The notes: generated by a model from the letters alone, not told the origin. Positions 13,131 through 26,006 are shown, counted from the first letter of the stretch. The stretch: DNA of 64,000 nt from Felis catus (GCF_018350175.1 NC_058368.1:81408001-81472000); one strand, 5' to 3'. Translations and numbers: made by a program.

Positions 13131-14229
13131 CAAAAACGTCCACAAACAAAAAGCCAGGGAGTAAAATAGATGCTTAAGACAAGACACGGACTCCCCGTGG
13201 AGAAGTGAACACAAAGATTCTCACAGTGGACCGGTTTTCGGAAGAAGAATGACCATCCGCCATTGGCCACAGCCCCCACCGGGCCCAAGAGCTGTATTTA
13301 TGGAACATGCTTAGGTACGACCATTTTCCGAAACTTTCCCGGGGAAAAACCAGCACAGCAGATTTCAGGGCCAAGGCACAGAACGGTATCAAAAGTCTAG
13401 GGCCTTTTATGCTCCAGTAAGACGCGTCCATAATTGCTCATCTTGGTCTGTCAGTAATTTCCCCCTTCCTTCCTCAAGCGAGTGAGCTAAGTAGCACTTT
13501 TGCATGACACAAAGAGCCAGCATGCTTGTGAACGGAGGAGGGTGGTTACAATAATTAGTCATGTGATCCAAGATGGGGAAACTTCATGCCCACTGTAGCC
13601 AACAGTTTGGTTTGAGGATGATCATCGTTCGAACAGAGTGTGAAAATCTGCAAATGTATACGTTGCCCTTTAATTAGATTTCGTGTGTCCCTAGTTCACT
13701 TGGCAGAGAAAGGGCCGGGAGGATGACGTACATAGATGTGAATGTGGCTACAAAGTCTGGTGAGCATGCACACGGCACACTGGGTGGAAGTGAGCGAGGA
13801 ACGCCTCTGCCTTCCCTCCGGGTGCATCTCTGGCCCGGGTCTCCGTCCCCTTCTTTCCATCTTTCCCTAAATAGGGCTGTTGGTGGAAGTCAAACTTGGA
13901 TTTTGTTCACGGAGACAGATCCTTCTCTACGGCATCTCCCCAGGGATGGTGAAGAGGAAGCCACAAAACCAAGGGCTCACACTCTGCCGAGACCTGGCCT
14001 GTCTTCCCACCAGCCCTGTGAGGGCAGCACGGCTGGTGCCCAGGTATCAGTGCAGAGCCCCAGGCCTCCTCAAACATGGAGGTGTGGGTCTGATAGCTGC
14101 CATGTGTCTTTCTAGCCACGTCGGGGTCCTGGCCTCACATTGTCCAGACCGGCACAACGCTGCTTGACTACTGAGTTTTCAACTGTATTCATCATAACCA
14201 CACATGACATAAGATACCTAAAAAATCCA

Positions 14230-14352
14230 GGGTGCCTGGCTGGCTCAGTTGGAAGAGCATGTGACTCTTGATCGCAAAGTGATGAGTTTGAGCCCCATGC
14301 TGGGTGTGAATGTGACTGAAAAAATAATAATAAACAAAACTTTAAATGGCTA
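14230..14352 (+). mobile_element. Old short CanSINE (SINEC_old-like)
   Basis: gggtgcctggctggctcagttggaagagcatgtgactcttgatc...gagtttgagccccatgctgggtgt then A-rich tail; aaaaaatcca on both flanks. Confidence 0.85.
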
Positions 14353-15766
14353 TAAAAAAAATCCACCCAAAGATAACTGTCCTTTTCGGAACCCCTCCGA
14401 TCTAGAAAACACAAAAGTACGTCCTACTCCATAACTAACACGTGGCAAGTTCATTTAAAGTTCATCGAGGAAAAAAAAAATCTCTTTTAGTTGCCAGGTG
14501 AAATGAGAACTGTTTGTATAATTATTTGAAATTAGTCCTCTAAGAAGATCCGTTGACTAAAAGAACGTGTATTGAGTGTCTCTAAATCTCAGGCTTTCTC
14601 TGGTGTTAATATATGTCATTTTTTTCTTTCTGCTCCCCCATATAAATAAGAATATTAGAATTCCCACGCCCATTATTAGAACCCATCTGAAAACGGCTCT
14701 TCATTTTCACGTGTTAGAGAACTCGACTCTCTCAGTAAACAGCAAAGGGTCAGCAGTGCATCTGCTCATTTATATGACCCTTATTCTATCCTCAGGGATT
14801 TACTTACTTTAATAAATTAGCGACTCAATGAACAAATACATGTGAGCAACAGATGAGAGAGACTATGCTGGTGCCCGGAGCATAGCAGTAAATGAAACAA
14901 AGTTCCGATGGGATTCGTTGTTATTACCTGTTCATACGTTTCTCTTGTTTCTCAGTGAGCACTAGTGGCCTGAGTGGAAGTTCATTCTTGCTTTCCTTCC
15001 TCTCCTCATATCATATTTACAGGGAAGGTTGTCCCAGCAAACTACTTTAAGTCCATTATCCCAAGTGTATCAGGTATCAACTAAGAGTGGGTGCTACCTT
15101 GAACACTATTTACCCAGGATACTTACCTAATGGACTACATTGCACTGTTTTGGTTTACTAAACGCTCAGTGTTTGGTTAGGCCCAGACTCAGAAAGCCCG
15201 CCCGCCCCAAGAAACTTCCCTGCTCTGAGCTGTGCCGGTGTGGCTCCTGGGGGAGCCCGACAACTGGGTGCCCGTGAAGTGCCCACCTCGAGCGTCTTGC
15301 CCATCACACTGCTGGAAGTGAGGAGGCCACCAGGGTGGTGTCAGCCCCGTTGCGAGAGGCCCGCTGGGAGAATAGCCCGGATGAAGGGAAGCCACAGGTG
15401 AGGCGGGGAGGCAGGGGCACCCCGAGAAAGACAGGGCCTGTGCAGGGGGGTTTCCAGGCACCGCCCAGCCTCCAGACAGGCCCCCGGCGGTGGGGCTGCT
15501 GCCACTCCTCGTGTGCTCCCCACGGGACACCCCCAGCCCCTGACCTGAAATAGTGTGGGTGACTCTCTGGGGATCACCATCGCAAGCCCATCGACCTCAG
15601 GAAGCGTGTACGTTTCCTCATCTTTATCTTCATTTCATACATTTCACGGTGACATCCTTCCACTCTCTCTGCCGTTCTGCGCAGTGGCCTTGTGCCTGTG
15701 AGTGTGGAAGGGGGTGGGGCCCAGGCAGGTGCAGGACAGACCGGCACGGACTCAGCACCAGGCACC

Positions 15767-15809
15767 GGACGGGAGCACCCCAACCTCTGGACGGGAGCAC
15801 CCCAACCTC
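15767..15809. repeat. Tandem duplication, 22-bp period
   Basis: ggacgggagcaccccaacctc at 15767-15787 and 15789-15809. Confidence 0.9.
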
Positions 15810-16884
15810 GAGTGTTCGGCACTTGTCATTTCCCAGCAGGTAAATAAGAATGAAGGAAAGGGCCTGGGTGTAAACCTGGATGTTCTGATGACTTTCAAGC
15901 ATAAAGGAAAAGTATCCAGAGAAACCTGACTTACCACGCAGTGTAGACAACAGCAAAAGGCCATCAAGCCTCTTCCAGAGCTGAGTCGCTGGGCTCTCTC
16001 TGGCTGTGTGTGTCCGCGCCACAGACGTCAGCCTCGGAAGCGTGATGCTGTGCTGCTGAGGACAGGTTAAGGTTCAGGAATGAGCAGAGGGACACGGGAG
16101 GCAGTGCCAGGAGGGACAGAGACACAGATGAACTCCTTGCTCCTCTGGGCTGTGCACCAAAACCACGGGAGCAATGGTGGCTCTCGGGCCATAAACCGCA
16201 ATCCAAGGGAACCAGTACTTACGGGGCCTCCGGCACGTGGGAGGCATTATCTCCACTTGTGGGAAGAGATGTGTCACAGGCGCTGCTTTCCTTCTGGAAG
16301 GTTCTACTCCAGAGATGCAGACCATGGGCAGTCAGTTCCGACTCTGGCAGGGGAGATCCAGGAAGGCTTCCTGCAGGAGAAGCATCTGAGCTGAGCCTTG
16401 GTGGGGGTGGGGGGGGGTTGGGGGACGCTAGGAATGTGACAGGCAGAGCCAGCAGGGGGTGCCATTTCTGCAGGTGGAAGGAACAGAGTGAGCATAGCCG
16501 TGTGGCCGCGTGGACATCAGCTGGTGGGAACAGAGGCTGGGGCAGGGGCTGGGACACCAGCAACCAGGTGAGGCCAGAGGGCCCTCTGGAGTCCCAGCTG
16601 TGTTCTGGAAAAAGGTTCTTGTCCGGAGTGCCCATGGGGAGCCAGCAGGTTCCATGGGAAGGCGGTAGGTGGGCAGCCTGGGCTTCTGGGCGGCCCCTCA
16701 ACGGTGGTGTAAGCCAGTGATAGGGGCTCGGGCGGAGGGAGGAAAAGAGGATTCGTGAAAGATCCAGGGTCCACACAAGGAGCTCAGTTTTGTAGAAAAA
16801 ATTGGGTGAATGAGAATTTTATTTTTACCCAAATACAATGAAAATATTTACTTTCTCATTGCATTTGCTCAGCCAGAAACGGTT

Positions 16885-17341
16885 TGAATTCGTTCCCTGG
16901 GGCCGCCGTCACCAAGCACCGCAGACGACGGGCGGCTTCACCGACAGAAGTCGACGGTCTTCCCCGTCAGGAGGCTGGAGGTCTGAGATCTGGGTGTGGC
17001 AGCACGGGCTCCTTCTGAGGCCGAGGCAGGGCCTGCTCTGTGCTCCCCGCACCGCCCGGTTCCGGGTGGCCGGCCTTGGTGTTCCCTGGCTTGTGATGCA
17101 TCATCCCGTCTCCGCCTTCACCTTTACCTGGTGCTTTCCCCGGGTGTGTGTGTGTGAGTTCAAATTCACTTTTTCATAAGGACACCAGCCTCACTGGATT
17201 AGCGACCCACCCCATTCCAGTATGACCCCACCTTAACTAGTTATACGTGCAGCAACCTCATTTCCAAATAAGGTCACATCTGAGGTTCTGGGGTGAGCAC
17301 TTCCACATATCTTTTGGGGGGGACACAGCTCAACTAGAACA
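16885..17341 (-). mobile_element. MaLR solo LTR, MLT1C-like
   Basis: tcataaggacaccagcctcactggattagcgacccacc...tttccaaataaggtcacatctgaggttctgggg...cttttggggggg acac matches the antisense MLT1B/C. Confidence 0.88.
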
Positions 17342-19669
17342 CTTTTTTTAGGGGGGCTAAAAATGTATACATTTGAAAGCAAGACAAAGTTTCCAGTTTC
17401 AGTTCCATTCAACGATGACCTCAGAGTGGATACATTTTGCCAATCGTACTCCAAATATCAACCAGAGAAAGCCAAGTCTGCAGTTTTTTTGTTTGGGCCC
17501 ATTGAAAGGCCCAATGAAGAAATGTTTATTTCCTCAGCCAGCCTGAATCGGCCAATGTTTCAGACTTTACTGGACATCTGGGGTTAAAGTTGCAGGTTGG
17601 ATGGCTTCCCGGACGGATGGACAATAGAGGGACCACACAGGCCGCGCTCAGCCTCCTCACCCCAACTGCCAAAGAAGCCGCTCACCCAGCAACGCAACCC
17701 AGGGGCGAGGGAAACGGGCAAAAGGCGGCACAGAGCCCCAAAAGCGCGCTGCGAGTCTGTAATTTGGGCTAATGAAAAGCTCCAGATACAGCTGATTTAG
17801 TTACATAAGAATGCGCAGAGCGGCCTGAAGGTTTCCCGCTTGGCTTTATTTTCGGTGCCTCTCCGTGGGGTTCGTTCAAGGTCATTGGTGGCGGAGGGAT
17901 TTTAGCCTGAGTAGATGGTGGTGAACAGTGTGTCCTTGTGTGGACGCGCGAGGCTGACCGCGGGGGTGGCTGTGGGGGGAAGACAGCCGCCAAGAATGCC
18001 AGCGCCCTCGACTCAAAGAGGCCCCGCTCGCAGTCAGCCAGTGGTGTGGGTCCAGCGCGTCTCTGTCACATTAGGATCAGACACCAAGTGGAGGGTGGCT
18101 ACAGCAAGCCCTTTGGGAAGCGTACCACCACCCCCCCCCCGAAATCACGGTGAAGTGAGATGCAAAGCAAGCAATTAACCAAGAAAAAATACCCAAGGAG
18201 CTACCGGGAAGATCGTTAAAACCCAGAAAAACAAGCAGGATAATTATACAAAATGCATCCAGCAGCTCGGAGGAAGGGAGGGGCAGAGAGCGAAGGTACC
18301 AGCTGGATCTCACCCTCCTATCCAGGCAATCGGATGTTTCTTTAAGATGGAAATGCACTTCGGGCGACGGGGGAGGGGTGTCCAATATTGTTGGGGTTTT
18401 ACCAGAGTGTGGAGAGCTTCCTTACTGGAGACAAGACAGACAGAGCTGCAGATCTGGGACCAGAGGAGGGGCGTCTTGACCGCGGTCTCTGTGCTTCACG
18501 TGGTCCAGAGGAGGGGAGCACAACCCCCGAGTCTTGGAGCAAAGGTCTGTTGGCCCTTTGTACCTGTTGTACCTTTGTACCTGTTGGCAGGTACAGACCC
18601 TGCCAATACGCGGCTCGCCCTACCCTCCAGGGTCGCGCGGGCTGGTAGGAGCGGCAAACGGGTGCCCAAATAACACGTTAAAATGCTTAAGGCAGGAGGA
18701 GGTGACGGTCCTGGGGGTGAAGATGTGACGAGCACCGATGGAAGGGACTCTGGGAAAACGGTGCACAGGTCCTCCCCCTTCCGGTGGCCAGACGCCCCTC
18801 TGCTGTCTGCGGGCCCAGCAAGGTGGACACAAGACCATTGGCCAACGGTCCAAATACCCACTGGTGACTTGGGAAGTGCGAAGCATGGCCAAAGATATTA
18901 ACAAGGTCCCCGAGGCAGAAGGGAGACAGAAATTTCCAGGAATTCTTTGCAATGTGGACATCTGAACACGGTGAGGTGGCCCTGCTCGTGCAATTCTCGA
19001 CACGTCTGGGCTGTGGATTTTCCAGTGTGGCATTCCGTGAGGTGACGCTGAAGCCCCTCGCTTGGCCGCACTGCCACGTGCTCCGGAGCCCCTACGAAGA
19101 AGACTCTGGCCGCCGTCCCACAGGGAGCGTGGGTGAGCAGGGCCCCTGCGCTGGCCGACATGCCCCGTGCCTCTGGCGACCCAGTGACACGCTCGTCGTG
19201 GGGGAGGGACAGGTTTGGACATGAGGCAGGTTGGCCGGCCGCACAGAAGCTGACTTTACCATCTCAGGCACATGACCCAACGAGGGGACTGTTGCCTTTT
19301 CTGGAAGCTAAACGCTATTTGGGAGGTCTGGCTCCGATGGGAGGGTGCGGGAAGTCCCGGGGCACCGCCCTGCTTCCGTTTTGCTCAAGGGCGCATCTGT
19401 CAACGACTTACAGCAGACCCAGAACAGAACAGATCACCAGGTCTGATCTCCTGAAAAGGACGTCCCTCGCACTCGGTGGGTGTGGAAGATACCAGCACGC
19501 AGGGACTGCACCCTCAAGCTCTCGGCTGCCGGCCCTCGGCGATCGGTTGTGCATGAGGACACGTCACAATGAGTCACACCCTAGAGGCCACTGTACCGGA
19601 CGATAGGAGGTTGTGCCTTCACAGAGCTGAGGTCCCAATTTTTTCCCAATTTGCATCTTTCATTGGCTT

Positions 19670-19960
19670 GTGGCACAGGTTGGATTATGTCCTCCCAGAT
19701 GATATGTTGCAGCCCTAACTTCCAGTGCCCCTGGATGTGACCTCATGGGAAATGGAGTCATGGCAGGTGTGATCAAGTGAAGATCCAGTCTGACTGGTGT
19801 CCCTGTGGGAAGACAGACACAAGGACAAGACGGCTGCTTGAAGACAGGTGCTGCGGGAGCAGTGTGACCACAAGCCACAGGTCAGCAGGCGTGACCCCAC
19901 CGTGCTCGCTTCCTCGGCCTTGTTCATGAGGACTCAAGGCCTCCAGGACGTGGGGATGGA
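19670..19960 (+). mobile_element. MaLR LTR fragment, MLT1B/C-like
   Basis: ggttggattatgtcctcccagatgatatgttgcagccctaacttccagtgcccctggatgtgacctcatgggaaatggagtc. Confidence 0.75.
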
Positions 19961-21169
19961 CGAAAGGAAGGGAAAGGGAAAGCGAGGACAGAGCAGTTAA
20001 CACAGACACCGCCCTCACAGCGTCCAGGACAGCCGGTGCCCCCGCGGTATATCGGCCGTCTCCTGAGCTCCCCTAGAAGCCCGTGGGCTCAGCTCATTCT
20101 GTTCACACCCGCGTGCGACCCTGCCTTACGTGGCACCACGACGGTCGTGCTGGGCAGCTCTCCTCTCACTTTTTGTGTCACCACTAGCTAAATGCTGGCT
20201 GGGACCCGCTGCGTCCCAACACTACGCTGGGTCCGCGGTGTCCAGCACCCGAGGAGAAAGAAGTCCATTTCAGCTGTTCACTTGCTAAATCCTCTGCGGA
20301 GAGAAAGGCTCTATATTGAGAATTTTTAGAATGGGCTGGAGTTAACACCAGCAACGAATTGAACGCCAGACCGATCCACTCTGTAAGTAAATCCTTCCCA
20401 TAAGTCCTTTTAATTTTTATTGGGTCATAAATAACTTCTGGGCCAGTGGCCACGGGGAAGCTGCCCCGAGAGAGAAAGCCCCGCGAGCAGCCACGTGAGG
20501 CACTTGTCCTGGCTTTGGCCTTCGGCTGCGTCCGTCTCCCCCACGACCCGCCTCAGGGACTTTGCACGTGCATTTGAGACCGGGCCACAGGATGAGAGGG
20601 ACAGACGTAGGAGGCTGCGGAAGGTGGTGGGAGGGGACGGTGCGAGGAAGGTGTCTGTCCACGTAGCAGGATGACAGCCACTGCTGCTCCCTGTCTCGCA
20701 GCCCTTCCTGGAACCGACTCGCACTCCGTCCGTCCTCCCTCGCCGGGGAGGACGCTCCAGAGAGAGCAGGAGAGGCTGACAACGGAAGTAAGCGGGAAGC
20801 GAGATGACTGCCCGGGTGGAGGTTGGCCCACGGAGCTGACACCAGGATTGTGGAGCGGGGGCCTGGCAAAGTGACGGTGGCCCGGGGGCAGTGAGACTGC
20901 CCATCGCGGGCCCAGAAGGTTGTGCCGGCCGTCCCCCAGTCTCAGTGTCTCCCAGGGTGGGCCGGCCACGACTCTCAACACGGCGTCCAGATCTAGTTGC
21001 TGAATATCCAGATTAACAGCGTCATGGTGAGGTGGTTGGCTTGGGAATCTTGTCCACCGCGTTCAAGGGTGGGTTAGCTCCAAGCGACCAGGGTCCTCGG
21101 CTGACGCGATGTGTGTGGGTCACACTGCAAAACACAAAAGCAACATCTCGGCAGTGTTAGAGTAGTACT

Positions 21170-21322
21170 GCTATTCAAAGCACTTCACGTATGTGAAGCC
21201 GTTTGTCTCAACAGGCCCACCAGGCAGCGTGTTTAAGACGTCCACTTTACAAGTGAGAAAACTGAGACACAGAGAAGCGAAGACAGTTGCCTGAGATCAC
21301 GCAGCATGAGAGGCGGAAGCCA
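21170..21322 (-). mobile_element. MIR
   Basis: ccactttacaagtgagaaaactgagacacagagaag...ttgcctgagatcacgcagc. Confidence 0.8.
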
Positions 21323-21602
21323 CATAGGGCGGCAATCACTGTATCATCCCTGGAGGGAAGATACTACTTTATTCTCTTGATTTGATGTTTACCCCCCGCC
21401 CCCAACTAAGGAGAGGCTGCAGGCTAAGGGGTTAGAGTGTGATCGTTAGGGGCATCTAGAACTTTCTTCTCATAGCCGCCTTGGCCAGGGCCAGGTACCC
21501 AATGCTTGCAGGGGGTGGTGGCACCGTCCTCACCCCAGTCACAGCCAGAAAGCTGTCAGTCTGAGACCTCGGTCTGAGTTCTCAGGCTGAGACCTTCTGA
21601 CA

Positions 21603-21698
21603 TTTTTTTAAGACTTTCAGTCATCTCTACGTCCAACGTGGGGCTCAAACTTCAAACCCCAAGATCAAGCCAACTGAGCCACCAACCACCCCCCCCCC
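21603..21698 (-). mobile_element. Old short CanSINE, internally deleted
   Basis: tcatctctacgtccaacgtggggctcaaacttcaaaccccaagatcaag...actgagcca; acatttt on both flanks. Confidence 0.7.
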
Positions 21699-21724
21699 AA
21701 CATTTTAAATGGTATAGTCACTCA

Positions 21725-21880
21725 TGTGACTATTTGACGGACACGTGTCTCCCTAACTGGACTGTGGGCGTCATGTGGCCAAGTTCCAGGTGTGCTTTTG
21801 CTCACAACTGTACCCCGACCCCACCTGAATCAATGCCTAGTGTAAGGCAGGTCCTCGAATAATTGCTTGGGCACAAATTG
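21725..21880 (+). mobile_element. L2 3' end relic
   Basis: tgtctccctaactggactgtg...ttttgctcacaactgtacccc...aatgcctagtgtaaggcaggtcctcgaataattgcttg. Confidence 0.6.
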
Positions 21881-22023
21881 ACCATCCCGGTTGGCAGAGA
21901 AACTACAAAGGGTGTTCAGGGGGTGGGGTGAGTGACGGGGCCTTTTTGCAGGTTGATGAGGGCTCGTTTGCTTACTTAAAAATTTTTTCAGTTGTGTTAA
22001 AGCTATAAATGGACATGATTTTA

Positions 22024-22241
22024 TTTTTTAATTTTTTTTAATGTTTATTCATTTTTGAAAGAGAGACAGAGTGTGAGCAGGAGAGGGACAGAGAGAGGGA
22101 GACACAGAATCCAAAGCAGGCTCCAGGCTCTGAGCTGTCAGCACAGAGCCCAACGCGGGGCTCGATCCCGTGGACCATGAGATCATGACCTGAGCCGAAG
22201 TCGGACACCCAGCCGACTGAGCCCCCCGCCCCCAGCGCCCC
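22024..22241 (-). mobile_element. CanSINE (SINEC_Fc-type)
   Basis: Full antisense body; TSD tggaca(t/c)gatttta at 22010-22023 and 22242-22255. Confidence 0.95.
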
Positions 22242-23876
22242 TGGACACGATTTTAAAGTAGGGGGGACCCACACTGCTTCTGTAGCCCTCTGCCCCCACC
22301 CCTCGGAGAACCTTTTGGAGACTCTGCCACGTTTCTAAATAGCCTCGCGATGCTGCCACCTTGGTCTGCCTGCTTCACAGTCCCTCTTCTGGAGCCAGTT
22401 GGTCCAGTGAGCTCCTGAGAGCGGCCGGCCACGTGCCCCTGACTCCTGGTGGCTCCATGCATGGCGGGGTACAGCAGTGTGGTCGATGCAGAAAGGAACC
22501 AAGACCTCAGCAGACGGGGGCGTGAGACACAGGGACCTCTCGGATGGTGCGCTCTGGTCCCCCCGACCCCCTCCGCTCCTGCCCTCCCCAGGGCCTCCCC
22601 TGCCTCCTGCTGGGTTAGCCTCGTACCTTTATGGTCTCTTTGGAGTGGGATGGAACGCTCGCCCGGCAGAAATAACCACAAGTGATAGGACAGACGAAGG
22701 AGAGCTGGGGCCACAGCACTGATTCAGGCAGAAACGAGCTGTGCTCCCCTTCCGATCACAGGGAGGCGGACGGCCTCCCAGCACCTCACCACCTGCGTCT
22801 TGCCACCTTTTGTCCAGCAGAATGAAAGAAATATTTATTTTTCCAAAGTGGCCAGTAATTATGTTTTCTGCTCTGTTTCTTCCTTTGCGGTGTCGAGGGT
22901 ACTTTTAAAGAGCACCTACAGTCTCTTCCAGGTGATGCTAAGCGCATCAGGGAGAGCGAAGCTGAGGAGGGGAGGGAGGGGAGGGAGGGGAGGAAAGTCA
23001 GTGAGAGAAGAGCTCAGACCAGCAGGCAGGTGTCCCTCCCTCCAGGGTCCACGCACTGTAGGTCTGGGATCCACCCTGACAGGACTTTGTCCGACTGTTT
23101 CCAAGGCAGGGCTGACGTCCTCCAGCTGGGAGGACCGCTCGGCACTGGAAGAGGAGCCCGGAGAGCCCGTTGTCCGACAAGACTCTTGTCCACGGGGAGT
23201 GAACGACCCCGCGTGTCACCATGCCTGGCCAGGGGCTCCTCCCTTGAGACACAGCGGTTTCAGCCCGAAGTCTGACTTCTAAGTGGCCGGTGGTTTGGCA
23301 GCTGAGTACAGACGAGGCCAGCATCTGTCCCCCCTCACACTGGCTCTGAGCCAGCCTTTTGGTGCCCCGTACACCGTGCCCATCCTGGATCTGGCTCTGG
23401 GGGTGGGGGACTCCCCACGATGGCCGCCCCCCTGTTCTCACAGACAGCTGGCAGTCATGTTAGCATTATTCCGGAGCCGTTCGTCATCCGCGGCGTGGTT
23501 CCCAGCTCTTTTCCTACTTCTGTTCGACTGTCCCCAGAGGAGCAGGGGCTGAACAGCTTAACTCTTTGTGCGCCTGACTGTGGCTTACCAGTCTCACTGG
23601 GAACTCTGCGTTTCACGGGCGGCGTCCAAACCCGCGCAGGTCGGCGCACCAGAGGTACGCTGCCTGTCAGGTCCCAAGTCTAGGAAAATCCAATGGAAAA
23701 TATCAACTTCAGGAAGGCCAAGGGCAGATTAGAGAGGACTGACCTCTGGAGTTGAATGGGCCAGGTGTTCTCGCCAGCTGGCGGGGAACCAGGCAGGAGC
23801 CATAGGGGTGACAGGTGGACAAACAGCAAAGGAGCCTCTCTGGCGGCAAGGGAGGATGAGGCATGTTCGCTGCGAG

Positions 23877-24445
23877 GAGGCACGCTCACGTAAGAGGGGA
23901 GCACCCTCCCGTAGAAGGGAGCACCGCCATGTAGGAAGGGAGCAGCGCCATGTGGGAGGGGAGCATCATCACATAAGAGGGGAGCACCGCAATGTAGGAG
24001 GGAAACACCACCATGTAGGAGGGGAGCACTATCACATAAGAGGGGAGCACCCTCACATAGCAGGGAGTACCCTCATGTAGGAGGGGAGCACATTCACATA
24101 GAAGGGAGCACCCTCACATAAGAGGGGAGCACTCTCATGTAGAAGGGAGCATCGCCATGTAGGAGGGGAGCACACTCACGTAGGAGGGAAGCATCATCAC
24201 ATAAGAGAGGAACATCGTCACATAGAAGGGAGAGCACTCTCACATAGAAAGGGAGCATAGTCATTTAGAAGGGGAGCATACTCACATAGAAGGGGACCAC
24301 TGTTACATAGAAGGAGAGCACCCTCACGTAAAAGGAAATATCATCATGTAGAAGGGAGAGCACTGTCATGTAGAAAAGGAGCAATGTCACCTAGAAGGGG
24401 AGCATTGTCGTGAGGAAGGGGAGCACTGTCACTTAGAAGGGAGCA
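23877..24445. repeat. Minisatellite, ~20-21 bp unit, ~27 copies
   Basis: Unit approximates gagcaccctcacataggaggg. Confidence 0.92.
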
Positions 24446-24994
24446 GGCCTCCACCCCAGGCGTGCAGTCACTCATGGTCGCCAGAGAGCCAGGCTCAGCA
24501 GGAATGGACATGACAGGGGCCTGGCTCATGACCCCACCCAGTCCAGGGCCTCAAGGTCAGCTTCTCCCTCTCTAGTGACTTGATGAGTTGGTGACTTCTG
24601 TCAGAGCAAGAAGGGACAAATCCCGGAGAAGCACTGGAAGGACAGGTCTTCCCACATCTTCCTCAGTGGGAGTGACTTACCTCCATCAATTCTGCACCCC
24701 CATCTTGGTGGAGACCACAACCAACACCACATCTGAGAGAAGTTGGGAAGTCGTCTAAGACAGTGGCTTTCAAACATTTTTGATGCCCTTCCTTTGAGCA
24801 AAGGCTGTAGGAAATCCAATGTCTGAAGCACACAGAAGGGGCAGTTCCGGTTACAGGGGAATGTGGGCTGGACATGGGTCCCCTTGCTCCCTGGCCACAG
24901 GACTCTGGGTACCCAGTGGGAGCACAGACCCGTGAGCTCATGCCCCCTTAATGTTAACCTAAAGATGCTATGTCCAAATGAAAAATAGCTCATA

Positions 24995-25900
24995 ATACAT
25001 TACACACTGACCAGAAGGGCTAAAATTAAAATTTTTTGATTAAAAAAACCCCTGATTATACCAAGTGTTGGCAGGGAATACCAGGTACACCTTGGTAAAC
25101 CCAGGGTATACCAAGGGTTGGATTAGACCAAGGGATATGGAGAAACTGAAACTCTTTTTGGCCCCACTGGTGGGATGTAAAATGTACAACCACCCTGGAA
25201 ACACAGTTGGGTAGTTTCTTAAAAGGTCACGCATACACCTAACAGATGACCCAGCCATCGCCCTCCTGGGAATTGCCCAAGATAAATAAAAGCATTTATG
25301 TCTTCATGCAAAGATTTGTACACAAATGTTCACAGCAGTCTATTTGCAACAGTCAAAAAGTGAAAACAGCCCAGGGGTGCCTGGGTGGCTCAGTCCATTG
25401 AACATCCGACTCTTGATTTTGACTCAGGTCATGGTCCCAGGGTCGTGAGATCGAGCCCCACATCAGACTCCATGCTGAGCGTGGAACCTGTTTGGAATTC
25501 TCCCTTTCTCTGCCCCCCACTCGTTCTCTCTCTCTCTAAGAAAAAATAAAAACTTAAAAAAAAACCCTGAAAACAGCCAAATGTCCCTCAACAGGTGGAC
25601 GCATAAGCAAACCGTGGTATATTCATGCACTGGATACTTTCCAGCAACAAAAAGGAACAAACTAGGGACACGATGATGTGCAAGAATCTCATAGCGGCAG
25701 TTCTGTCTGCTGAAAAAAACCTTAAAGAAAAGAGGAGGTACTCTGTGGTTCCAGTTGTACAGAGTCGGAGTCAGAGGCAGGTCTGTGATTGCTGGGAGGG
25801 AGTGGGGGGCACGGGAAGGGAAGGATCACAGGTGAGCACAGAGACCCATCACAGGAAACGCCTTACATGTCTGCACGATGTAACCGAGGATGCCTCCAAA
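24995..25900 (+). mobile_element. Old L1 (L1MC/ME-like), ORF2 end and 3' region, interrupted by a SINE
   Basis: ggtgggatgtaaaatgtacaaccaccctggaaac...gacccagccatcgccctcctgggaatt...aaatgttcacagcagtc...aaatgtccctcaacaggtgg. Confidence 0.82.
25374..25567 (+). mobile_element. CanSINE inserted in L1
   Basis: ggggtgcctgggtggctcag head; TSD tgaaaacagcc at 25361-25371 and 25568-25578. Confidence 0.93.
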
Positions 25901-26006
25901 GCCGCTTACAGAGAGAGCACCGCTATGGGCGAGGTGACCAGACTGGGGGAAGCTTGTAGCAGGTGGGGAGGAAAGGAGGAAAATGGGTGAAATGATGTGA
26001 GGGTAG

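Noticed and set aside
17363..17587. Protein-looking 74-aa ORF (MYTFESKTKFPV...)
   Set aside because: No family I recognise and no supporting splice or promoter structure; length is within chance expectation.
23877..24445. Regular ~21-bp periodicity as a CRISPR-like array
   Set aside because: Units are contiguous degenerate tandem copies with no unique spacers, no cas genes, and the context is mammalian.
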